64,000 bases of DNA from Adineta vaga (Eukaryota > Animalia > Rotifera): contig CP075494.1 in assembly GCA_021613535.1 (NCBI GenBank), positions 248,001 to 312,000 on the forward strand, written 5' to 3'. The stretch's first letter is position 1. Each line of letters starts with the position of its first letter. The position numbers and the translations under genes were made by a program. Of this stretch, positions 13,166 to 26,685 are shown in pieces. The notes below the pieces were generated by a model. It saw nothing but the letters and a program-made list of their open reading frames with translations. It was not told where the DNA came from and did no database searches.

Positions 13166-14993
13166 AAATACTAGCGAGCTTCTTTGCATACGGTATTGTT
13201 TTTGTTTTATCAACAAGAACAAGGTTCTATCAACAGCAGTTATTATATACATAGTTTTCACTTTATTTTGTTTTATTTATTTCACTGCTTTCTCTTTTAG
13301 AACGGGTGAAGCATTTATGTACCACAGATTTTTCTTTTAACAACGAGATATATTATGTATTGACAATAGAAAATAAATGAAGGTGTCACTGTTCTTCGAG
13401 AATCAAAAAATTAACCTCACTCACCCACGCTCACTCTATTGTTATTTGTTCTAAGAAATTTTCTGAAGCGATTTCTACCAGTCTGTCTTTGTATCTCTGT
13501 CGATCCAAAGATCGAATTTTTCTTAGTACTTTAAAGACAGGATTATATTTTTGAGAAAAAAATATTTGAGACGGAATATATTGTAATATCGACATTTTTT
13601 CTAATGCATCTCTCATTCATTTCAAACGCTGAATATATATATACGTACTTTCCATCGTCACAGGTAGGATTGTGAGTGCAAATGAGGGTGAGAGTTAAAA
13701 TAAATACTTACATCCACAGCCGTACCCATCTTGAGGGGGTGGGTGGGGGTGTATCTCTTCTTCATGCACACCCACACACACACCCAAGGTTTAGTTTTTA
13801 AAAATCTTACATTTCATTTGATGCATTCATATGTTTCATGTTGATTCATTTATTTCAACTAGATTTAAAATCAAGATTAATTATTTATTATGTTAGACGC
13901 ATTTCCTCTTGTAAAGAGACAATCGTAGTATATTCTCAGATTCCGAGAAAATGTTGAAATTATTAAATAAAATCCAAGTTTCTACTAGTGTCCATATCAA
14001 TTCATGTTCTATTTTCAAATTAAAAACTCGATTTTGTTATTTCTATTCTTTTCAATATCGTATTATTAAAAAAATAGTTCTCCATCTATCAATACATTAT
14101 ATAAGTACTCTTAGAATATTCTTTGTTTTTCTCTATAAATTATTTTCAAATTTATAGTGAAAATTCTCATATTAAAATATTTTAATTTTATTTTCTTCGT
14201 TGTTGTTATTTTTTTCAGGGACATTTTCAATGCACTTTTTAATGATCACCTTTTCTCTTTCTAATCGAAAGATATTTGTTTTGTTATGAGTGACAGTAAT
14301 TACCTTCGTATATAATTTATTTTTCTCTATATGCAAACTAATCGATTACTTATCTCATATTTCATTGGAATTTGCGCAATACTGATGAAATCTTTATGGA
14401 CAACGTATTGATTTTGATTTCATACAGTGATGTGTTTATGCGTCGATCAATACAGAAATTAGTAAGATTTTGAATCTAAATTTGTTATTAGGTTGTAATA
14501 TTAAATAAAAATTATATATTTGTCAAATGGTGCTGAATAAATTGCTATTTTTTTCGAAACAATAAACAAACAAATGTAAACTATAAGAGCAAGACATGCT
14601 CATGAAAAAAACGTTTATTACAATGAAATGTTTCTACCAATTCTAACAATGATTTAAATAACAAGTAATGCTCATCTTTGAATTCAATCACCGTTTTCTT
14701 AACATCATATACACTCTTTTCCGCTCAGTTATATGTGGGACGGACATATCTCAGTTAATATATTATTTTTTTCATATTTTTCTGAAATCGCTTCTGTACA
14801 AACACATTACTTTCAAAACATAACAAGATTCTCATTTAAAAGAGTTTCGCGATGGTTTTTTTCGGGTTGCCTAAATATTTCCGAAATAGCTTTCGTTCAC
14901 GTACAGTTATCGATCAGCAGCTCCTAATACCTCGACAAATATTTTCAGGTTCATTTATTCTCACATTACTTTTTCAGAAGATAGTTAAAGAGT

Positions 14994-15305
14994 ATGGGTA
15001 TGGGTATAAAAGAACACGCCCTATTTAAAGGACCATTGGGTGCTGGTTTAGGTACACATAAACATGATGATCTAGTTTATGACTATACATTAAAAGATGC
15101 ATGGGATTATTATGAACATTCAGAATGGTTATCAGGTGATGGTGATATTGTTCATGAGACACCTGGATCTCTTCTTACATTATTTATTAATAAAACTTAT
15201 GGTGAAACTGGTAAAACAAAAGAAATTCAAGATTGGAGATCAATTCTTCAAAAATATGTTAGTTATTGTCAAAATACACGTAAATACATGTTGAAATTTC
15301 GTTAA
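14994..15305 (+). pseudogene. Degenerate cupin (ChrR/2,4'-dihydroxyacetophenone dioxygenase-like), bacterial type
   Basis: LGTHKH..VYDYTLKDAWDYYEHSEW....IVHETPGSLLTL resembles HxHxGxV.GYTLxGxWxYxEHDW..E.PGxxHTL; conserved Gly residues and the third His are lost. Confidence 0.55.
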
Positions 15306-16066
15306 AACGGTGTTTTAACGCGTTTCGTGGGCGCTTGTCTGTCTGAGTATTGATTTAACGTATCGAGAAGAAAAAGTTGAAGATAAATATTTTCATTCAA
15401 ATCATAAAAACTGATTTATAGAAAAAAAAGATTTAATCATTTTATTATCTATAATTGTATCATTGATAAAAACAATCTCTACTAAAATGACATGGGAAAA
15501 ATAAACAAAAGTATATATCTCCCATAAATAAATGAAATTATAAGGAAAAATACTCTTTCATACGTATATTTATACAACATTTTTTTTCAATAAGATGAAA
15601 ATTCTATTAAAGAAATAATTTCTTTTTTTTCTTCTATTCTGTATGTTGAGTGTATTATTATTATTTTTCTCGTGTCTTTACGATGTTTTTTTTTTTATCA
15701 TAAGAAGAAAAAAGAACACAATGTCTGACTAATCTATTTCACGTGTTCTATATGACAACGGCAAACAGGTATGCTTAGGTTTTCTTCGTTCTTTATTTTT
15801 CTTTTTTCCCTTTTCACAGATTTTTTTTCCCGTTTCTTCAGTATTATGATCATATACATTGTATAATAATTAGAGGAAAATGAATCATATAAATAGTAAA
15901 CTTTGATAAAAAAAATTACTTTATAACACAACCTTTTTTTTTTTTGTAAGTATATTCAAATAGAAGAACATAATAAATAAAAGATCATAAAGTATGTTAC
16001 AAAACTTTCTTTTTGTTGTGTTAATTTTAAGATATTGAAATTGATTTTAGAAATTAAAAAAACAAA

Positions 16067-17158
16067 ATGTCTATAACAACGCATGATATATTTATAGCAT
16101 TTACTATTAATATTCTTGCTGGTTTAGCAACATGTATTGGTGGAGCAGTTCCATTTAGTCGAAAACTTATGTCAAATGCAAAACCATCACGAGTTGGACT
16201 TGCTTTAGGTTTATCTGCCGGTGTAATGCTTTTTATTTCATTAGTAGAAATTTTTGGAAAAAGTGAAAAAGAATTTAACAAACATTTCGGAAAACCTTCG
16301 TCTATGTGTCAAAATTTAAAAGCTAATTGTACAAATTCGACAATAAATTATGAAAATACTCTATTTATATGTGAAAGAGTGTTCAATACTTGTCAAGATG
16401 TATTAATTAAAACTGAAAAAGATATAGAATGTGATCAATACTGTAACGGACACAGTAAAAGTTTAACAACATTGTGTTTTTCTCTTGGCGCTTTGATAAT
16501 ATTTTTATTAGATTTTATAATTCATAAAATATCTCCTAATACAAAACATGATTTAACTGTTGAAGAATTAGCTCGTTTAAATGAAGAAGGTCAATATGGA
16601 AACAATACAATTGTTATTCCAAATGAAAAGCTTCAAGAAAAAATGGCACAAGAATCATTAAATCGTACAGGTATATTAACTGCAATAGCAATTGGACTTC
16701 ATAATCTTCCTGAAGGTCTTGCTACTTTTCTTGCTACGCTAATTGATCAAAATGCAGGTGTTGCGTTAGGTATTGGTATTGCTATACATAATATTCCAGA
16801 AGGTATTGCTGTTGCGACACCTATTTATTTAGCAACAAAATCAAAATGGAAAGGACTTTTTTATACATTTTTATCTGCATTGTTTGAACCTCTCGGTGGA
16901 TTAATTTGTTATATTATTTTATTACTAAAAAATGCATTCAATGATAATGCATCAAAAGTTGGTGAATTAAATCCATTTTTAACTGGAATTATGTTTGGTT
17001 TAGTTGTTGGAATGATGGTAACAATTTCTTTAAAAGAATTAATTCCAATAGCATTAGAATTTTGTAAATCAAAAGATAAAATAAGTATATCAATGTTAAT
17101 TGGAATGTTAGTTATGGCATTAAGTTTAATTATTTTCGCTTATGCTGGTGCCGAGTGA
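16067..17158 (+). CDS. zupT: ZIP-family zinc/divalent metal transporter, ZupT/GufA type
   Basis: LAGLATCIGG, GLSAGVMLFISLVEIF, AIGLHNLPEGLATF, GIAIHNIPEGIAVATPI; 363-aa ORF without coding introns. Confidence 0.92.
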   Translation: MSITTHDIFIAFTINILAGLATCIGGAVPFSRKLMSNAKPSRVGLALGLSAGVMLFISLVEIFGKSEKEFNKHFGKPSSMCQNLKANCTNSTINYENTLFICERVFNTCQDVLIKTEKDIECDQYCNGHSKSLTTLCFSLGALIIFLLDFIIHKISPNTKHDLTVEELARLNEEGQYGNNTIVIPNEKLQEKMAQESLNRTGILTAIAIGLHNLPEGLATFLATLIDQNAGVALGIGIAIHNIPEGIAVATPIYLATKSKWKGLFYTFLSALFEPLGGLICYIILLLKNAFNDNASKVGELNPFLTGIMFGLVVGMMVTISLKELIPIALEFCKSKDKISISMLIGMLVMALSLIIFAYAGAE

Positions 17159-17476
17159 ACAAAAGTGGGTTTTTTTCTTTCAATTCTCGTCCTTCATCTT
17201 CATTTTCATTTTTTCTTTGTTTTATATATTACAAAGTAATATTTTTCTCTTCTTTATTATTATTATTCTGAAATATCGATAGAAGTATATTTTAAATATA
17301 TGTATTTTCAATTTATGTCATTTTAAACTCAAGATAACCTTTCTTTCTTACACGTCATAGTGCTTGGTAAAAACCAATATAAACTGTTGATAAAAAGAAT
17401 AGATTTCTGTGTACTGAAGCACAATTTAAAGAAAGAGAGTCAAATAACATTGTATAATTTCAAAACTTTTGCAATC

Positions 17477-19031
17477 ATGAGTGACGACAAGGATGCGTCT
17501 GTAGCATCATTCGAACATTTACCAGTTGAAATTCTTGCTGAAATCTTTACTTTCTTGTCATTACCAGAGCTCGTTAAAGCCTTTTGTAATCTTAATTCTT
17601 ATATTGATTCAATCATTCAATCGGTGAACACTGTAAAGTATATGGTGATGGTAAGGTATAATGAAACTGTTGCTATTAATCTTCTACGCTTCTGCCCAGC
17701 TGCAATTGTTCGCCTAACCATTATTCATGCTACAACGGTCGATTTAACATCGTTAATCAATCTTCGTTCACTCACATTAAAATATGGCACTCATATTCAA
17801 TTCAACAGTATTCGACCGCAATATTTTTCCAAGCTCAAAGTTTTGCATCTTTATGCTAGTGAGTCATAAAAGTCTTTATTAAATAATCGATTAGCTATAT
17901 AGTGAGACAAATATTCTTCAGATTCAATAGATAGAGAAAGAGTTTTGTGAAATTTGATGTAAAAAAGTTGATCGAGTCCACTATTTTCGTTCACATCTCC
18001 TCTAGAGGATGAAGAAATTACTTTTCTCTTTACTGTCTTATCCATACTTCTCCTTATCAATCTCATTTAATTTCATTTTTATATGTAGTGTCCTATACTT
18101 CTTGGCATGATAACATACAGACAGTAAATGATTTGTTTCAAGTCATATTATCAAATGGTTTTCCTCAACTTCAAAAATGTACAGCGGTCCGTCTCGGAGA
18201 TTTTGAGTATAGTGAGACCTGGACAGGTTCACCTGCTCTTCGCTATCTACATTTAAATATGAAAACGGAATACGATCGTCAGAAACTTTTGCTTTTATGT
18301 CCCAATCTAGAATTATCCACAACTTCTGCGCCTATAGGGCTTAATTTATCAAACGGTAAGCTACTTTTTTGTCTTTAAAATGTTGAGGGTGTGGGTGAAG
18401 GTGTCTTAATTCTATTTACCTACGCTCACACCCTTACAACGGTTTTTACTCCAATACCTGTTATATACAAACAAGTATTTTAGGTAATCTTCATGGTTTT
18501 AGACGTCTATTAACGGAACTTTCGAAAATTGAACAACTAGAAGCTGAAAATAAGTTTATACTTGATTATTTTTCTAAGTTTCTACTACGTTGTGACGAAC
18601 CACCTCCACGTTTCAACAATACAGTAGCAAATAAACGGTATCATAAGAAAGATGCTATTATCATTCAAGGTCGAATTCTACCAAAAACAGAGCCATATTG
18701 TCGTGCTTCATTTCTCATCGAAATCACACTACCACTAGAATATCCTTTCAAGATTCCTAATACAGTCTTTATCGATCCTATCTACCATCCAAATATTGAC
18801 AACGATGGCTATTCTTGTTGTTGTTTTGAACATTTCTTACCTGGAGAAACCTGGAGGTCAACAACTTCGATTGCGACTATTATCGAAACTGTCATTGATG
18901 TCATTGACACTATACCCAGCAATGGCCGTTCTTTAAATATAGAACGTGCTCAAGAATATGAAGAGAATCGGCAAAAATTTTACGACAACGCACTGAACTT
19001 AACACTCACGTACGGACGACCACGTTACTAA
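17477..19031 (+). CDS. F-box/LRR-like protein fused to a C-terminal ubiquitin-conjugating (UBC/E2) domain; exons 17477-17858, 18089-18355, 18484-19031
   Basis: F-box FEHLPVEILAEIFTFL; both introns are phase 1 GT-AG and keep frame (398 aa); exon 3 reads RRLLTEL..GRILPKTEPYCRASFLIEITLPLEYPFKIP..DPIYHPNIDNDGYSCCC..W..NIERAQEYEENRQKF. Confidence 0.8.
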
Positions 19032-19224
19032 TCTCATTAAGAGAAATGACAAACAATTACATTATATAAGACCAGATTTTGTATTTTTTTTACGCTTTTA
19101 CTAAAGAGAAATGTCATACATATATCTACAGATGTAAACATCTTGAGGGTGTGATCAAAAAGAGGACACCCACACCCACACCCACCCTCAAAACAAGCAT
19201 GTTCGTATATTATACGATTAAGGA

Positions 19225-20261
19225 AAACCCTAGAAAATGGTTCAATGCAATGAAATAAAAATCGAGGATGAAAACCATCCGAAGTTTTATTTTCATCATG
19301 ATACAGCAAAATATTAGACCACTTTGAACCAGTGGAACCAACACAGATTGATAAAGATTTGTTTTCAATCACTGTTTGACCAAGACAAGTAGAACGGGTG
19401 ATTGTTTGACCATCAAATAAAGCTGATGCGCATCCTCGCATTTCATTTCTATCTTTGATATTGCTATAGAAGAAGTTTAATTGGTCCAAGATGTAATCAC
19501 CTTCTGGTGCACATAGGAACATACTGGAAACTGTTAATGACCGCATGACCTCAGCGTACGTCAAACTTTGTTCAATAAACGTTATTTTTCGTGCAACATC
19601 AGGTGACAGTGCAAATGGTATTTTCTTAACATTTTCCATAGATTTAATCTTCAAAGCAAACATTATTAATTTCAGTTGATCTTTATTTGATTTTTTATTG
19701 AATAATAATTTTTCCGCAGCAGATGCTGCATCGTATACCTTTTGCACATAACGAGACTTTTTTGATGCTAAAAAGAAAAAAAGAAGATGAGTATACTGGC
19801 GACTGTAAATAAAGGCCATGGTGTTTATGGAGATTTGAATGCATTGGGATGTGATAGGACAGATTTATCTATTCAAATAATCCACTGTTACTTGAAAAGT
19901 TTGAATTTTAAGAGAAATTGAGAAAAATAATCTTCTCAAAATTATTCATCGTAAAGAACTGTAAGAACATATCACTTGCTCCGATGAGTACAAGAAATAA
20001 ACCTGATTTTGTATAGCTATTAGCAGTTGTACAATATGTTGATGATCCTTCTCCAAAGTGTGCCATGCCTGTTAAAGCAGTGTGAAAAAATGCTAGATCG
20101 TTAAGACCATAACCACATCGATAGTTTTGAAAGAATTCAAGCACCAGTTTCGACTTGGGCATGAAATCGGATAATTTGAAATATCGGACCATTTCACAAC
20201 ATTCTTCTAGATTCCGTTCAAAATATTCACTAGCTGTTTTCTTCTTTAACATAATTCGCAA
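19225..20261 (-). pseudogene. DUF3987/YfjI-like P-loop protein, probably truncated
   Basis: Strand plus P-loop-like LFLVLIGAS|ASKKS split across exons; LSICVGSTG..SDGFHPRFLF resembles the DGLLxRFL motif; splice donor imperfect and no 3' continuation found. Confidence 0.45.
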
Positions 20262-21257
20262 ATTCTAAATGAAATGTCGAAAATATAAGGTTCCAAATGA
20301 AACAATACACCGGATAAGATCGATTTATTTTTAAAAGTCCAGTATTACACATTTATGAAAGTATCCATACAAAACATTTCATTATAGTATGAAAATATGA
20401 ACAAAAAAGACTACAAAATCAATTATTAAATAAGAAACACATTACAATTAAACAAACGATTAAATTCAATAAATCTATCTAAACAAAACGACGACGAAAA
20501 TACTATGCAGATCAATTCGTACAAATCATCACAAAAAGTAAATAATTAATTAAATTAGACTAACGAAAAAGCATCAACGATTTTCCGTTCTCATATATAT
20601 ATATATATAGATATACTTTGTTTATTCCTTTCGAGACCACAATCATAGATGGTACTAAATGCTAACAAGTTATCAATTTTTAATGAGCATATTTCACCTT
20701 CAACTATGCAGCAAACATCAGTTCAAACGATATATAACATCATGTACACCACCAATTCTACCAATTCTAAGATTTTTGATCGAGTACATGCCTTGTCCCT
20801 CAGAATGAAAGATATTGTTGCATTCTTAGTACATTTTGTACCTCGTATCTGCGCACCCTCCTCGAAGAAATTCCCATTTTTATTGCCAAACTATCAGAAA
20901 GGCGTGAGGATACCCTAAGGAGTAGAAATTTCATTCGTAAATATTATTATAATGAAATTTTAACCATATTCACAAAGAACTTAATATCGGAAAACGAGCA
21001 GCTTATTTGTAATAAACATTTTTTTCTTTTCTTCAACCCTTATGTGTGATGACGTCAACGTGGCTTAGAATCTTATTATTATAAGCAATATAAAATAGTG
21101 CCTATAACGTATTATCATAATATAAGTAATCGATCTTTTATATCAGGATAAGCTGATGGTGTTTTTTGACAGGAAATGAAAATCTTCCAGGAGCAGCACA
21201 TATAAATCCAATGAAATATGAAGCCTTGTTTCATTTTGTCTTTTTGTATACGCAAAG

Positions 21258-22488
21258 ATGAACAGTACTTGGAATACTTTACAACAGGAAAATTATACTT
21301 CGTATTTTTTATCTATTTCTACTACTACTAGTAAACCAAAACCACCTGCGGGTAATTCAGCAGTGATCACCGATCTACAAAAGAATTTGACAATGTATGG
21401 ATATATTCTTCTTTTTCTTTTCGGTTTTATGGTCATGTCAATAGTATTATTATCTTTCTCCGACCCACTCTTCGTACTGTATCAACAAGTTGTCTCTTCA
21501 TTTGTATCACTGTATCAAATATCATCTATTTATTAGGATGTATCTATGATTTTCTTTATACTGGTATTGGCCTCCCATCTTTCAATCTTCAAAACGATCC
21601 TAATTTATCTCATGTGCTTTGTCGTTTGCGTTCGTTTATTCAGTCAGTTGCAATGTGCTCATCAGCTTGGTTTCTTTTGGCTATTTCAGTTGATCGATGG
21701 CTTCGCATTCGGTATCCATTTAAAGTCCGACAATTATGTACAAGAAAACGAGTTCTAATCGGTGCATTTATTGTTCTCATCCATGCAGTTGCATTCAATT
21801 CTCATCTACTTTTACCATCATTAGGAACCCTACCAGGCTTAAATACATGTGGCCCTATGAAAAATTTAAACTATGTATTTTTCTTCAGACAGGTATTTCT
21901 CAAATTTGAGGTGTGAATGAATTAAATTAGTTATTGTTTAGGTTTGGAGCATTTTATTACCATGTTTACAAACTGTTTTCCCAACATTTGTTCTTTTGAT
22001 TGTGACAATCGATATGTTTATTCGCCTTCGATTACAAGAAAAACGAAGACAACAATTGAATCGAGGCCGTCGTCGTGCTTTTGTTGATCGACAAATGTTA
22101 ATAATTATGTTGACAAGTATATTTTTCTTTTTTTCAACACAAATTCCATTGAGTTTATTCAATATTCTTCTTACACCTATTCTACGATTCCAGCTTTCAA
22201 TGACTCAAGTAGTTCAAATGACATCAATTTTAACTTTTGTTTCGTCAGGTAATTATGCTGTAAGAGAGAACATAATTTTTATTGAAAGTGAGAAAAATGA
22301 CGTTGAATTGATTTTTATTTTAGACAACATTCTATGTTCATTGTTTAACGAGTGGATTATTTCGACAAGAATTTTACAATACTGTACGTTGGTGTTTAAG
22401 GACGCGTAGTGAACGTGTCGGTACTGTGACACAAATTAGGGGTAATCAAATTGCTTTAACACAGAATGGATTAGCACGTAACTTATAA
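21258..22488 (+). pseudogene. Rhodopsin-like 7TM receptor with a 1-nt frameshift near 21430; exons ~21258-21892, 21942-22260, 22324-22488
   Basis: LCRLRSF..SAWFLLAISVDRWL (DRY-like), terminal FYVHCLTSGLFRQEF; frame break in TM1 could be an assembly error. Confidence 0.8.
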
Positions 22489-23588
22489 GAAAAAAAAAAT
22501 GAGCAAGAATGTCCAATTGAAGTCATAGAATAAATTTGACTTAAAATTTATATTTTTTTTTCGAAAATATTCTTGCACTGATTGTTGTATTTGTTGAATG
22601 TCTAGTACGTTTTATCAATATTGTATAAATGTATTTGTCTCGTAGTTGTTATGTAAGTACATGTTGATTCGAATATATAGCTTGTTTCAACTCGATGGAA
22701 TGTTGGTGTGGATATGTGATAGAAAAGGATTTGCACTTAAGATCTTCTAGATTCGGAATTTTGCTGGTTCAATTTTGACTATAGGCACTATCTCACCCAA
22801 ACATAAGTAGACAAACAGATCAAAACTTGATTCTCGAACAATCAGCGATGTCACATTACGGTTGATATCCGTCTGAATTATTACTGAATAATGTATTTGT
22901 TAGTTCAAATAAAATTATTTAAATTAATAAGTAAGTATCAGCAGCTTTTTAGTACTGATATTAATTTTAGACTATGATAGGTGATTATCCCTCGCAGTGC
23001 AGGAAAAATATACAATATTACAATGAGATCAAATGAAGCATTTCAAACAATCAATATAAGCTAGTTTCATTTACGCCGATGACATCACATTCTTTTTAAA
23101 AGTGGTGATAATTTAGTTAGTCATTTGAGGTTTGACTGCATTCATCTATCTTGTTCATCCGAATGATTTTCATGCACTGCCCAAGATGAATATTAGTCTA
23201 TAAATGAACTTCCCATTCGTTGTCTTTGAAAACAGTCGGAATGACACAATTTTGTCTTCTGTTGGAGCCATTGACGCGTGACTATTCCGGGAATTTGAAT
23301 CATCAATATAACCATAGTGACGAATGGGTATATTTGACAGGGTGTGGGTGTGGATATTCTATTCATACACCACACCCACACCTTCACCTCTTAAAATTCG
23401 AATATCACCTTCTAGACAAGTCAATGGCCGATAATATGTTAACCTTGTTAGTTTGGCGGTGAGAGCTTTCTTTTGGTGCAAAAATATCTGGTCTTTTCAA
23501 TACAAACACTTTAATGATACTATTTGAAGAAGAAATTAATCGTATTAAATATTAAAACTTTTTTATGTTGATAGTTTGTATGAAATGA

Positions 23589-23865
23589 TTAATATAGCTC
23601 TGCACTACTCAGAGTACTAGCGTCAGATCCACCAGTAACTAACACTTTTTCATTTGTCAATATAGATACTGTGTGGACCAGATCGTGCGTTATTCATGCC
23701 ACCAGTGGTTGTTCAAATTCTGGTTGATAGATAATATAACTCAGCACTATTTAGTTTCTCATGATAATATCCACCAGCAACTAATACTTTTCCATCTATT
23801 AACACGGACGCTGTGCAGCTAGCTCGTGCATTATTCATGCTACCAGTAGTTGTCCATTCTATACA
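23589..23865 (-). pseudogene. Kelch-repeat gene remnant (bacterial-type Kelch)
   Basis: Minus strand reads WTTTGSMNNARASCTASVLIDGKVLVAGGY..LNSAEL then a second repeat ..NEKVLVTGGSDASTLSSAELY*, with stop and frameshift. Confidence 0.75.
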
Positions 23866-23873
23866 GAAATATT

Positions 23874-24075
23874 CAAGGGGGAAAAGCGGATCCTGGATCC
23901 TAGATCGTTTTTTTTCTTCGTTAATAGCTCTGTGGTAGACAAAGGCTACTAGTGCAATCTTAACAACAAATCACACTCATTACATTGATATAGAGAAAAG
24001 AGGAAAAAACGAGTTTTTTCATATGTCAGGATCTCTAGGATCCATGAGGATCCAGGACCCGCTTTTTCCCCCTTG
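23874..24075. mobile_element. hAT-superfamily MITE (202 bp)
   Basis: ~28-bp TIRs CAAGGGGGAAAAGCGGATCCTGGATCCT and a perfect 8-bp TSD GAAATATT (23866-23873, 24076-24083). Confidence 0.92.
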
Positions 24076-24387
24076 GAAATATTCGAATATATCCTTTATG
24101 GGAAGAATGAGTAAAAATCGTGTATGATATAGATCGATAGTGGGTTTCGCATTTTTACTAAAGAATCCTATGCCTGAATAACAGAGACATTAGTTTTGCA
24201 TTTTCTATCTTTCATTACATTACTTTCAAGAATTAATGCACTTTCGATCATGTGCATCTTCTATTGATTATAATCGCTCTAGTGTAACTTCCCAGGTGAA
24301 GAAGAAGGGTGTGAGTGTGGATGGTGTAAATAAGAGATGCATATAATATCCACACTCACACCCACGATTTCTAAAACTTAAAACGAT

Positions 24388-24414
24388 CGTGCAATATGCA
24401 CGGGTTTCAGCTAG
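24388..24414 (+). mobile_element. Helitron 3' terminus
   Basis: Hairpin CGTGCA-ATA-TGCACG, 8-nt spacer, then CTAG followed by T. Confidence 0.6.
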
Positions 24415-25189
24415 TATATATATGTTGTTAATGTTTTTTTGAGTAACGATTAAATGATCTTAAATTATGTTTAGCACGCAATAGAGGGTGTATGGTAATA
24501 TATTTATTAGATTATTAATTGGTTGTAGAGAATATCTTTGTCAAGTTCTTGTAAATTTTGTAATGTTCTCTGATCACAAGTGGATTGCCCAATTGTGATA
24601 AACTTCTTGTAGGAGATAGAAAGGAAACCATTGGTATATGATCTGACAACGGTTGGAGGATGTGCGTGTAGGGATGTACAGTGTCGAATAACGGAGCACT
24701 GACAAACACCGCCGGTAAGCTCACTGACACATCTATGTTAATGTTTATGTTTATTGCTTGTAGTTCCTAGGCGGAGCATCATGACATCTTTTATACGAAA
24801 TATCGAAATATGTTGAATAGTTTTATCGGCTGATAGACTAGACCAGCTGGATTTTACTACTTCCCATGTCTACATTTCGTTAATTATAATCGCCGAAAGA
24901 CGGCTTTCTTTTGTTTATTTCACGACTGTCTTTATCTCCGTATACATTAAGTTATGTTTCTTTTACCGAAGATGTAATGATTATTTTTTATAAAACTCTT
25001 CAATGATATTATTTTCGTTGTACCTCTGAAATAAAACTTTGATTTATCTCTTGAAAACCATAGTCATCTAACCTGTGAACGTTTTCTATTGATTCTAACC
25101 ATTCCTTACTATAAAATGTACAATTAAATCAATGATAAGATGTCAGTGAAATCAGTGTAACAGTTTCAGTTTCTTCAGTATTGTCACTG

Positions 25190-25441
25190 ACGCCGCACAT
25201 CCCTATGTGCGTGCAGTAACTTTGGATGATTAACTTGAAAAAGACGAATACCAAAAACAACGATACAAGGTACTAAGAGGGTCCTCTTCGAAGTTCAAAC
25301 TTAAGTGAGATCTAAATGAGACTAAACTGTGTAGAAAATTTCATCTCGATCAAACGCTTCCTTCGAGAGTTATCGTGTAAACGGACGGACGGACAGACAC
25401 ACTCACCGTCTATAGTAGTGTGCTTACTTTATGAGTGCATT
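25190..25441 (-). mobile_element. Third copy of the HINE-like repeat
   Basis: Reverse complement shares AAAGTRAGCACACTACT..GTCCGTCCGTTTACACGAYAACTC..GAAATTTTCTACA with 2920/3705; terminal hairpin CGCACAT-CCCT-ATGTGCG near 25195-25212. Confidence 0.6.
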
Positions 25442-26685
25442 AGAAAGGGGGCAGCCACAGAGGCTAAGGGGTGGTTCCTTAGTGCGCTCAAGGATGAATA
25501 TTTTTGGACAAGTTGATGAAAATCAATAGGCCGTCGGTTTCATTTACTGTATTGTAATAGTGCATATAACATTCCGATTTCACTTTGAAATTGCCACATT
25601 TCTTTATTGAGTGTATTCTATTGAGCAACTAATTTCTTATGAACATATACTTAATCAGCATTCACAGCAGAACCTATAATGTGGCACAGGAGAACCCGAG
25701 GGGTGCCCCTTTAGTATAGCATATGAGGACCAAAGGGTATTCTCAATAATAGGACTTGATGATACCCATCGATTCCTTCAAAAGAACTGATCGAACAGTT
25801 CAGCTCCTTTGAACTGAGCTGTTGGAAAAGTTCAGTTCGTTCGAAATAAACGATTTTTCAGTTCTAAAGTTCATTTGAGTCGGTTCTTGAGCTAGAACTT
25901 GTGTAGCCCTAGTGTGGATGAAGATGAGTATCAGCGAGCACGAGGTACACCACATCCATTTGCCTGAAAAGTCCATTGATTGAACAATAAGCAATGAAAA
26001 TCAAGTTATGGAACAAATGTTGTTTTAAGAAAGATGAAGACAGAAAGTTCATATATGATCTGTATCTGATCCGATCTAAGAATGTTTTTCGATGAGAAAA
26101 AGTCAAGAGAAATCGTGCTCATCGAAAAGATTTCTCATGATAATTTTGATCTCCAGATATTCTAGAATAATTTATGTCTCTCATATAATTTCTACAGTGC
26201 ACGTAACTTTAAAGAAAAGTTCGTACTTTCCGTATTTGTTCTTTTTTTTTATTACATTCGATATTAAATTATAATCTTTTTATTTTGTCACTTTATATAT
26301 ATGAGAAAACTTTTTCATATAGCTTTGAGATACATTTTCATTTATATTCCTCGCCAAAGACGTCATTTTTAATATTGATAAAATAAAAAAAGTTTTACTC
26401 ATTTTCACTTTCCATTTTATAGTACAAAAAGTATGAAAAAAGACATCCAATAAAATTTATACTTATAATACTAATTGGATAAGCACAAATACCACGAACA
26501 TGAGTAGAAGTAATGTACTAACTATCCGACCATTGACTTAAAAGCACTTTTTTCGTACTAAAAATCAACCTTTTAAGGTAATAGAAAAATTACTTTTTAA
26601 TGTTGTTTTTCTTTCATTCGTGTACTACATAAGAAATATTGATAGTTGTCATTAGTTTATCTACATTAAAAATAGACGGCATTTT

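Noticed and set aside
19037-19225. GGCGCGCP 'metal-binding' tail of ORF 19037-19819
   Set aside because: Read-through into the telomere-like palindromic repeat at 19142-19192
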